A stretch of DNA of 64,000 nt from a bacterium (lineage in GTDB: Bacteria; UBA8248): positions 256,001 through 320,000 of the forward strand of contig CBDBBI010000010.1 in the NCBI GenBank assembly GCA_965202625.1, in the 5' to 3' direction. Below, in pieces: positions 56,157 to 64,000 of the stretch. The translations under genes and the position numbers were made by a program. Positions within the stretch are counted from its first letter, which is position 1, and the number at the start of each line of letters is the position of its first letter. Under the pieces are notes generated by a model. The model saw nothing but the letters and a program-made list of their open reading frames with translations. It ran no database searches and had not been told where the DNA came from.

Positions 56157-57941
56157 ATGAGTGAAACTCCCTCTGACGCCTCCGAGACAATCCCTGGTTT
56201 CTCGGAGAAGGTGGCCGAATTGCTTACGGACGAGATGGACCCAGACGCCTTTTCCCCAGAGCAGATGGATGATTTATACGCCGCCACTATGCGGGTGCAG
56301 GATGGGGAAATTATTGAAGGAACCGTCGTGGGCATGGAAGGCGAGTACGTACTCGTGGACGTGGGCTACAAGTCGGAAGGTTTCGTGCCTCGTTTTGAAT
56401 TTCCGAGCAGGGGGCGGGACCTCAAGCCCGGAGACAAGGTGGAGGTTTTCGTCGAAGAGCGCGAGGACGACGATGGCCTCATCGCGCTTTCCAAGGAGAA
56501 GGCCAACCGGATTAAGGTATGGGACGAGATCAGCGCGGCGCATGACAACGACGAGATCATCAAAGGGGAGATCATCGCTCGCATCAAAGGGGGACTCACG
56601 GTCGACATCGGCCTCAAGGCTTTTTTGCCGGGCTCCCAGGTTGACCTGCGGCCGGTGCGGAACCTTGATCAGTTCATTGGCAAGTCCTTCGAGATGAAGA
56701 TCATCAAGATTAACAGAAAGCGTGGAAACATCGTTCTCTCTCGTCGCGTGCTGCTTGAGGAAGAGAGGGCGGAGCTCAAGCGCGAGACGCTCGCCAACCT
56801 CCAGGAGGACATGGAGAAGGTGGGCGTCGTGAAGAACATCACCGACTACGGGGCGTTCATCGACCTCGGTGGAATAGACGGCTTGCTGCACATAACGGAT
56901 ATGTCCTGGGGGCGGGTCAGCCATCCGAGTGAACTTCTCTCCATCGGAGACAGCCTTAAGGTCATCGTTCTCAAGTATGACAAGGACCGCGAGCGCGTTT
57001 CCTTGGGGCACAAGCAAATCACGCCGGACCCTTGGGAGAGCCTGGAGATCAAATACCCCGTGTCCGGCAGGGTAAGAGGCCGGGTAGTTTCCATCACCGA
57101 TTACGGAGCGTTCGTCGAGCTGGAGCAGGGCGTGGAAGGCTTGGTGCACGTCTCCGAGATGTCCTGGACGCGGCGCGTTCGTCATCCATCCAAGTTCGTT
57201 GCCGTGGGGGACGTGGTGGAAGCCGTCGTCTTGAATCTGGACAAGGAGAGACGCAGAATTTCTCTCGGAATGAAACAGGTGGAGGCTAACCCGTGGACCA
57301 CGGTGGGGGAGAAATACCCCGTGGGGATGCGCGTAAAGGGCAGCGTTCGGAATCTGACGGAATTCGGTGCTTTCGTGGCACTAGACGAGGGCATCGACGG
57401 CCTCATCCACATCTCCGACATCTCCTGGACCCAACGCTTTAAGCACCCTTCCGAAATTCTGTGCAAGGGACAGGAAATCGAAGCGGTCGTGCTGAGCGTG
57501 GACGTCGAGAAAGAGCGTCTCTCCCTTGGGATGAAGCAAATCACTCCGGACCCTTGGATGGACATGAACGATCGCTATGCTGTGGGTGATGACATTGAGG
57601 CGAGAATCACAAAAATTACAAACTTTGGCGTATTCGCTGCTCCGGAGGAGGATTTAGAGGGGCTAGTTCACATTTCCGAGCTCGACTCGGACAAGGTCAA
57701 TGAGCCGGAGGATGTGGTGCACGTTGGTGACGTGTTCAAAATGCGTGTCATCAAGATTGATCCCGAGCAGAGAAGGTTGGGATTGAGCATCCGCGCCTAT
57801 GTGGAATCCACCGGAGAGGATCCCCTCGTCAGCCGGGCACCCCAGCCTCCAAAACCCCCTGAGGCGCAAGATGCGCCCGACGGGGAGGGCGAGGAAGACG
57901 CATCCCTGGGGGAGGGGAGCGCGGAATCCCAGAGGGCATGA
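56157..57941 (+). CDS. rpsA: 30S ribosomal protein S1
   Basis: Six S1 repeats (VDVGYKSEG, FLPGSQ, DGLLHI, EGLVH). Confidence 0.98.
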   Translation: MSETPSDASETIPGFSEKVAELLTDEMDPDAFSPEQMDDLYAATMRVQDGEIIEGTVVGMEGEYVLVDVGYKSEGFVPRFEFPSRGRDLKPGDKVEVFVEEREDDDGLIALSKEKANRIKVWDEISAAHDNDEIIKGEIIARIKGGLTVDIGLKAFLPGSQVDLRPVRNLDQFIGKSFEMKIIKINRKRGNIVLSRRVLLEEERAELKRETLANLQEDMEKVGVVKNITDYGAFIDLGGIDGLLHITDMSWGRVSHPSELLSIGDSLKVIVLKYDKDRERVSLGHKQITPDPWESLEIKYPVSGRVRGRVVSITDYGAFVELEQGVEGLVHVSEMSWTRRVRHPSKFVAVGDVVEAVVLNLDKERRRISLGMKQVEANPWTTVGEKYPVGMRVKGSVRNLTEFGAFVALDEGIDGLIHISDISWTQRFKHPSEILCKGQEIEAVVLSVDVEKERLSLGMKQITPDPWMDMNDRYAVGDDIEARITKITNFGVFAAPEEDLEGLVHISELDSDKVNEPEDVVHVGDVFKMRVIKIDPEQRRLGLSIRAYVESTGEDPLVSRAPQPPKPPEAQDAPDGEGEEDASLGEGSAESQRA

Positions 57942-58245
57942 AACCAAATCCGTGCGATAGGGTTTCTCGCCGCGCCGCTGTTTAAGAGGCTAAGAGGCGG
58001 AAAAGAGGATGTCGGTTGCGGGTGCAATCGGATAGCCGCGCCAGGATGTCCTGTAAATGATCGTTGCCCGCCGCGCGGTTTTTCGAAGTGGGGCGGATTG
58101 AATTTGCGATGCGAAGGGAGACACTGGCGGACTGGCGCATTTTGTCGCGTTGCTGGACGGAGTGGAAGGCTGAGCGAAAGCGCCGGGGAGGAGAGAGGCC
58201 CGGAACGCAAGCGTATCGCGCGATCTTGGGAGGATGCTGGTTCTT

Positions 58246-58611
58246 ATGACCAAGGCCGAATTGGTTGAGCACATAGCCGATAAAATCAATCTAACGAAAA
58301 AAGACACCGAGCGCGTCGTGAACGTTGTTTTCGAGAGTATCATGAACTCTTTGTCGCGGGGCGACAAGGTGGAGTTGCGTGGGTTCGGAAGTTTTCGGGT
58401 GCGCTTGAGAAATAGCCGCAACGGCCGGAATCCCAAGACGGGAGAGACGGTGGAGATTCCGCCGAAGAGGGTGCCTTTTTTCAAGGCGGGGAAAGAGTTG
58501 AGAGAAATGGTCGATCAGATCGAGTTGGGTGCTTTCTCCGATGATAGCGTCTCGGCCCTGGTGGATTTTGAGGCGTATCCAGGAGGACCGAATAACGACT
58601 CTCTGTTCTAG
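58246..58611 (+). CDS. ihfB: Integration host factor beta/HU family DNA-binding protein
   Basis: MTKAEL, VELRGFGSF, GRNPKTG, PFFKAGKELRE; follows rpsA. Confidence 0.9.
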   Translation: MTKAELVEHIADKINLTKKDTERVVNVVFESIMNSLSRGDKVELRGFGSFRVRLRNSRNGRNPKTGETVEIPPKRVPFFKAGKELREMVDQIELGAFSDDSVSALVDFEAYPGGPNNDSLF

Positions 58612-58672
58612 GGCACTGCTTGCACGTAGGCGTTCTTCTATCGGGTAATTCCGCCAGTCGGAATTTTTTCTT

Positions 58673-59130
58673 ATGGATGAAAAGTGGATCGGGCGCGGAT
58701 TCCTGGTTCTTAGCCAGGTCGATATCATGAAATCGGAGGTGGACGCTATCGTGAATGCTGCCAACAATCGCCTGTAGATGTGGACAGTCGTGGCGCGCGA
58801 TCAAGAAAAAGAGCGGGGAGGCGATATAAGCTGAAGCGGTTTCGAAAGGGCCGATTCCTGTGGGAAGCACGCTCATCACCGACGGCGGCAGACTTTCCAC
58901 GCGACACGTGATCCTCCCCTGAAATCGTTGAAGTCTGCACCTGCACGAGCCTAGAGGCGGCCGAGGCACATGGGTTGGCGAGCATCGCATTTCCCGCTAT
59001 TGGGGTGGGCGTTGGGAGAGACAGGAGGCATTCGATATGCTCTCGACTTGGGATTTCGCCGCCTTTCAGGGTGCGCTTGAAGCGCTTTGATTTTTCGAGC
59101 GAAGCGCCTTTTTGATCGCTCTCCTGCCCA
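58673..59130 (+). pseudogene. Macrodomain (ADP-ribose processing) protein, degraded
   Basis: DI...EVDAIVNAANNRL then stop; EAVSKGPIPVG...T.GG.L..RHVI; later SIAFPAIGVGVG; several stops and frameshifts. Confidence 0.8.
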
Positions 59131-59205
59131 CCCCCGCAGTTGAGTGCGCGCAAGACGCTTTCGTTTCACGGCGCGCCCTCTCTCTTCCCTTCAAATCCTC
59201 AAAGC

Positions 59206-60204
59206 ATGAGCCGTAAGGTATCGGGGGATCCACGGCCGATTGTCGTCCTCGTGGGCGCTACGTGTTCGGGGAAAACGGCTTTGGGCGTGGCGCTCATCCA
59301 GCGCTTCCGGAAAGTGGGAGTAAAGTTTGAGATCGTGGGCGCCGACGCAAGGCAGATTTATCGCGGAGTCGGCGTGGGCACCGCCAAGCCCGACATGAAC
59401 GAGCGTGTCGGGGTGCCGCATCACATGCTGGACGTCGCCGATCCGGAAGAGACCTACAGTGCTGCGCGCTATGCGAACGAGGCGATGACCTGCGTCGAGG
59501 GCGTTTATCGTCGGGGCGCCCGTCCGCTCGTGGTGGGGGGGAGCGGCTTGTACGTTCGCGCTTTGGTGGAGGGATTTTTCGATGCCCCCGAGGCGCAGCC
59601 GCAGATGCGAAACCAGCTGGAGGCGGAGGCTTCCGAGCGCGGGGTCAAGGCCATGCACGATCGCCTCGCCGCCGTGGACCCGGAGACAGCCACGAAACTC
59701 CACCCCAACGATCTACGGCGGGTGGTCCGCGCCCTTGAGGTGTATGAGGTCACGGGGCGTCCACCCTCGCTGCTGCGCGCGGAACAACCCCCCCCCCGCT
59801 TCGCCTCCCCGTTGTATATTGGTCTTCGGTATCCGCCGTCCGTCCTCGCCGAGCGTATCGAGCACAGGGTGCGGCGGATGCTTCAGGGCGGAATGATCGA
59901 CGAGGCGGCGGCCCTAGCCAAAATGCGTCTCACAAACGCTCAGGTTTTCGAGGGATTGGGGTTTCGGGAGGCACTCGCGCTGTGTCAGGGACGTATCAGC
60001 GAAGAGGAGGCGGTTCAGGAAATATCCCGCCTTCACCGAAACTACGCGAAACGACAACGGGTATGGTTCCAAAAGCTGGAGGGCGTGCGCTGGTATTGCC
60101 CCCAGCGTGCGGGACAGCAGGTTTTGCTGGACGAAGTATATGATACAGTGTTGTCCTACTTGGGTCCCGGTGCTTTCGAGACTCGCCTGGGGGGCTTCTC
60201 TTGA
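59206..60204 (+). CDS. miaA: tRNA dimethylallyltransferase
   Basis: G.T.SGKT, D.RQIY, GTAKP, PHH, VGGSGLY, YAKRQ. Confidence 0.95.
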   Translation: MSRKVSGDPRPIVVLVGATCSGKTALGVALIQRFRKVGVKFEIVGADARQIYRGVGVGTAKPDMNERVGVPHHMLDVADPEETYSAARYANEAMTCVEGVYRRGARPLVVGGSGLYVRALVEGFFDAPEAQPQMRNQLEAEASERGVKAMHDRLAAVDPETATKLHPNDLRRVVRALEVYEVTGRPPSLLRAEQPPPRFASPLYIGLRYPPSVLAERIEHRVRRMLQGGMIDEAAALAKMRLTNAQVFEGLGFREALALCQGRISEEEAVQEISRLHRNYAKRQRVWFQKLEGVRWYCPQRAGQQVLLDEVYDTVLSYLGPGAFETRLGGFS

Positions 60205-60746
60205 ACATCGTTCTCATTGGTTTCAAGGGATGCGGAAAATCGACCATCGGGCCTCTACTCGCCGAAAAAATGAGATTCTCCTTTCAAGACCTCGACCTTT
60301 TGATCGAGCGAAGATATTTTGAAGAAACTGGAGAAGCGTTAAGCTTTCGGGACATTTTCAGAAAAAAAGGTGAAGCTCTTTTTCGGGCAACGGAAAATGT
60401 CCTGCTGAGAGAACAACTTAAGGAGGGGGCGAATCTCGTTCTCGCCCTCGGCGGCGGGACGTCGATGCTGCCTGGCGTTGGTTCGCTGCTGGCACCCCAT
60501 TACGTGGTTTATCTTCGGGTGCCGGTGCGTGATATCATTGCTAGGGTGCGGGCCGGTGGCTGGCCCGCCTACCTTGAAGGCAAGGCAGACCCGGAAGGGG
60601 TGCTGCGCCTGCTTTTCAGAAGGCGCGCTTCGCGATACGAAGAACTTGCGGACCTGGTTGTTGAGAACGTGCGCGCGCCCGAGGAGGTCTCGGAGACGGC
60701 ACTCTCCCGAATACGTGCGGCGATGCCGCCGAGTGCGAGAGGCTAG
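60201..60746 (+). CDS. aroK: Shikimate kinase
   Basis: LIGFKGCGKSTIG, GE..FR..E, ALGGG, R...Y. Confidence 0.92.
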   Translation: MNIVLIGFKGCGKSTIGPLLAEKMRFSFQDLDLLIERRYFEETGEALSFRDIFRKKGEALFRATENVLLREQLKEGANLVLALGGGTSMLPGVGSLLAPHYVVYLRVPVRDIIARVRAGGWPAYLEGKADPEGVLRLLFRRRASRYEELADLVVENVRAPEEVSETALSRIRAAMPPSARG

Positions 60747-60758
60747 AAGAGGAGAGTC

Positions 60759-61832
60759 GTGTCGAATACGTTTGGCCGATTGTTTCGTTTCACGACTTGG
60801 GGCGAGTCCCACGGTCCCGCTCTGGGCGTCGTGGTGGATGGTTGTCCGGCGGGTCTCGCGCTTGATGCGTCCGACCTCCAGCGCGAGTTGGACCGCAGGC
60901 GGCCGGGACAGAGTCGCGTGACGACCCAGCGCAGAGAGGAGGACCGGGCGGAGATTCTGTCCGGCGTTTTCGAGGGCGAGACGACGGGGCACCCCATCTC
61001 GGTACTCATTCGCAATAAGGATGCGGATTCGAGCAAATACGAGCCCTTGCGAGGTCTGTTTCGCCCCGGACACGCGGATTTCACCTATGTCGAAAAATGG
61101 GAAATCCGCGACCACCGAGGAGGCGGACGCTCCAGTGCGCGGGAGACGGCCGCGCGCGTGGCGGCAGGAGCGATAGCGAGAAAACTCCTCGCCCGCCTCG
61201 GTATCTCGATTCTGGGCTATGTCCACCAGGTCGGGACGGTTCTCTGGGATGATGAGCGTTTCGACCCGGAGGAGATAGAGAGAAACGTCGTTCGCTGCCC
61301 CGATCGGAAAACGGCGCATCGAATGGAGGCGGCCATCCTTGAGGCCCGAAAGGCGGGCGATTCGGTGGGCGGGGCGATCACGATTCGCTCCGAGGGCGTT
61401 CCCGCCGGATGGGGGGAGCCGATCTATGGACGTCTCGACGCCGATCTCGCCGCGGCGATGATGGGCGTCAACGCGGTGAAGGGGGTCGAGATCGGCTCTG
61501 GTTTTCGGGCGGCTGGAATGAGGGGTTCGGAGAACAACGACGCCTTCGAGATGAAGGGCGGCAAGCCGGGGATGAGGACGAACAACGCAGGCGGCGTTTT
61601 GGGGGGAATATCCACGGGCGCGCCGATAGTGGTTCGCTTCGCGGTGAAGCCGACTTCCTCTATCTTGATAGAGCAGGATACGGTGACGACCTCGAGAGAG
61701 GAGACGACCGTGAGGGTGGAAGGCCGTCACGACCCGTGCGTGGCGACGAGGGCGGTACCCATCGGTGAGGCGATGATGGCGTTGGTGTTGGCGGATCATT
61801 GGCGGCTGAGCCTCGGGAGCCGCGTTGGTTGA
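60759..61832 (+). CDS. aroC: Chorismate synthase
   Basis: [39 protein letters not shown]. Confidence 0.98.
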   Translation: MSNTFGRLFRFTTWGESHGPALGVVVDGCPAGLALDASDLQRELDRRRPGQSRVTTQRREEDRAEILSGVFEGETTGHPISVLIRNKDADSSKYEPLRGLFRPGHADFTYVEKWEIRDHRGGGRSSARETAARVAAGAIARKLLARLGISILGYVHQVGTVLWDDERFDPEEIERNVVRCPDRKTAHRMEAAILEARKAGDSVGGAITIRSEGVPAGWGEPIYGRLDADLAAAMMGVNAVKGVEIGSGFRAAGMRGSENNDAFEMKGGKPGMRTNNAGGVLGGISTGAPIVVRFAVKPTSSILIEQDTVTTSREETTVRVEGRHDPCVATRAVPIGEAMMALVLADHWRLSLGSRVG

Positions 61833-62611
61833 TTGCGGTTGGTGTCTTAAACGCGCGTCCGCGTCGTCTGAAGCCATGAGGCGATTCGCGCCTTTGCATG
61901 GAAAGCAGGGGCGTGAAACCGATTGTTCCCGGGCGAGATGCCGTCAGGGTAAGGTGTGTCGAGAGGGATCGTTATGACGATTTCCCTTCTTTCACGGAGT
62001 GTGACATGAATCTGGGCGTTGTGGGCCAGGCCGTAGTGCTGGCGGAGACATTGTGGAACCCATTTGTCGGGAGTGCTTCAGGAGGGGAAAGGACGTGATT
62101 CTCAGCCCCGTGGGCGCGTTTCTCGGGCGCGATGATTTGGCTTGAGGAGGCGAGATGGGGATGATCGCGCGTATTCATTCCCTCGGGTGCCATCTTCGAT
62201 GTGGGCGTTCTGAAGGGGCGTCGGTCGGAGGAGATGGTATCCGTCACCATGACCATCCAAGGGCTGCCAGCGATTCTCAGGGGTGGCCCTATATTAAAGC
62301 TAAAGCCCGGGGGATCGACTTTGATGCGATCAGCGAGGCGACGGTGATCTTTGAGGGCCGCTGACATGAGTTTCGTGGGCATCGGATCGCACAGGACGAA
62401 GATGCGGATTTGTGCGATCCCGCAGCCGAGCGCAATATCTGTGAATTCAAGGCCGTGGGCGAATTCGGCCGCTCTTCCATTCGCTCCGAGAACCATCGAA
62501 CGGGCGTGTTGACTTATCTCTCTGCCTTGCCCTTCTTAGAGAGCGACAAGCTGCCTTGCGCGTCGGTGCCTAGCCGCACCGCGCGTGATTCCCCGGATGG
62601 AGGATGGTGTT

Positions 62612-63595
62612 TTGAGTCGAAATGTCGTTTTTTTTGTCCCGGAGGCACGCGAGCCCATTGAATCGTTGCGAAGAATGCTGACGCCGCATGGTGAGTTCCG
62701 CGATGGCGGTCCCCGAAAATGGTCGGAGGCCGCACTCACGCGCGACGCCGATGAATGGGACGCCCTGCTAGTGACGTCGAGAGAGCGAATCACGAAGCGG
62801 GTGATCGAGGCCGCGACGCACCTGAAGATCATCGCCAAGATTGGCGTGGGTGTGGAGAACATCGACATTCCGGCGGCGACGAGACGAAAAATTCCGGTGA
62901 CGAACTGCCCGGGCGCGAACGCGGTCGCTGTGGCGGAGGCTTCCCTGGGCCTGATGTTGGCGTCGAGCCGCCGAATCCCCCAGGTGATGGCGAGTCTGCG
63001 GGAGGGGCGCTGGCGTGAGGGCGTCTGGATCGCGGGCGAGATGAGCGGGGCTACGTTCGGGATCGTCGGCTTCGGGAATATTGGGCGTGAGCTGGCCAGA
63101 CTCCTGTCCGGATTTCAGGGACGCATTCTGGCGTATGACGCGTTTGTCAGCGATGAAGCAATGCGCGCGATGGGCGTGGAGCCGGTGGATCTGGACGCCT
63201 TGACGCTCGTGTCCGACTTCATATCCATTCATTGCAGCCTCACGTCCGAGACCCACCGCATGTTTGACGCCCGTAGGTTTCAGATGATGAAGAAATCGGC
63301 TGTCCTCGTGAATTGCGCGCGCGGGGCGATCATCGACGAGGAGGCGTTGCTCCACGCGCTCAGGTCGGGGGAAATTGCCTCGGCGGGGCTCGACGTTTTC
63401 GAGGAGGAGCCGTCGAGCCCGGATAATCCGCTTTTTCGTCAGCCGAACGTCGTGGCGACGCCGCACTGCGCCGGAGCGAGCCGCCAGGCGCGCGAGCGGG
63501 TGAATCAGTTGGCCGGCGCGAACGTGCTGGCCGCCTTAAGAGGCGAGCGGGTGCATCCGGCCACGCTGCTTAATCCGCAGGCGTATGAGGGTTGA
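62612..63595 (+). CDS. D-isomer-specific 2-hydroxyacid dehydrogenase (SerA/Hpr-like, no ACT domain)
   Basis: GVGVENID, N..AVAE, GFGNIG, NCARG, DVFEEEP, TPH.AG. Confidence 0.92.
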   Translation: MSRNVVFFVPEAREPIESLRRMLTPHGEFRDGGPRKWSEAALTRDADEWDALLVTSRERITKRVIEAATHLKIIAKIGVGVENIDIPAATRRKIPVTNCPGANAVAVAEASLGLMLASSRRIPQVMASLREGRWREGVWIAGEMSGATFGIVGFGNIGRELARLLSGFQGRILAYDAFVSDEAMRAMGVEPVDLDALTLVSDFISIHCSLTSETHRMFDARRFQMMKKSAVLVNCARGAIIDEEALLHALRSGEIASAGLDVFEEEPSSPDNPLFRQPNVVATPHCAGASRQARERVNQLAGANVLAALRGERVHPATLLNPQAYEG

Positions 63596-63720
63596 AACCG
63601 GGGGAGCTCCCCATAATTTATTTCTCTCTCAGGCTTGCGCCAGCCTGGCCAGGGTCATTATACTTACGCTGTTATTCGTTGCTTCGGACCGCACACCCTC
63701 ACAAGTTGGGAGGATGTTTT

Positions 63721-64000
63721 TTGGAAGGCGAGACGGATAAAATATGGATGGATGGAGGTTTCGTTCCTTGGAGTGAAGCCAAAATTCATGTCCTCACGCA
63801 TACGCTGCACTATGGATTGGGCGTATTCGAGGGAATTCGCTGTTATCAGACCGAGCGTGGCTCCGCTGTCTTCCGTTTGGAAGAACACATGCGAAGGTTG
63901 TATGACTCCGCCCGAATCGTGGGTCTGAATGTGCCTGTAACGCAGGATGACTTCACCGAGGCGGTTCTAGAGACGGTACAGGTGAACGCGATGAAGGCGT
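63721..64000 (+). CDS. ilvE: Branched-chain amino acid aminotransferase (5' part, runs off the window)
   Basis: TTG after GGAGG; IWMDG.FVPW..AKIHVLTHTLHYGLGVFEGIRCY. Confidence 0.93.
   Translation, partial: MEGETDKIWMDGGFVPWSEAKIHVLTHTLHYGLGVFEGIRCYQTERGSAVFRLEEHMRRLYDSARIVGLNVPVTQDDFTEAVLETVQVNAMKA

Noticed and set aside
56157-57941. Internal repeats in rpsA (and the duplicated halves of carB and uvrA)
   Set aside because: Expected domain repeats, not a repeat element or array.
63601-63612. Perfect palindrome GGGGAGCTCCCC
   Set aside because: Single short occurrence after a stop codon, most likely an ordinary terminator stem.

Overview
A ~60% GC bacterial core-genome window, almost all on the + strand. 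The gene order resembles Nitrospinota/Tectomicrobia or Deltaproteobacteria, which is an inference rather than a firm assignment. In order it carries: aroF with a metalloenzyme gene, rodZ, mfd, surA-like and S4 genes; a pyrR-pyrB-pyrC-carA-carB operon split by an apparently intact Type II restriction-modification pair; tal/fsa, fmdB, gdhA; a decayed nodIJ-like ABC exporter; alkA, dgt, htrA, lepA-lepB, a GT9, rsmA; a TCA cluster (icd-mdh-[decayed fumarase]-sucCD-ndk); uvrA, truA, trpEGDC; an islet with a hydrolase, a doubly broken R-M system and an enolase-superfamily gene; pheA-hisC-tyrA-cmk-rpsA-ihfB; miaA-aroK-aroC; a 2-hydroxyacid dehydrogenase; and the start of ilvE. The most notable elements missing from the ORF track are two leader-peptide attenuators, a Tyr/Phe-rich one before aroF and a Trp-rich one before trpE, both behind TTGACG/TATGGT promoters. 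Also notable are a PyrR RNA attenuator, a SurA homologue with a possible C2-like C-terminal domain, and many pseudogene scars suggesting ongoing genome erosion. I saw no rRNA, tRNA, CRISPR array or transposase.
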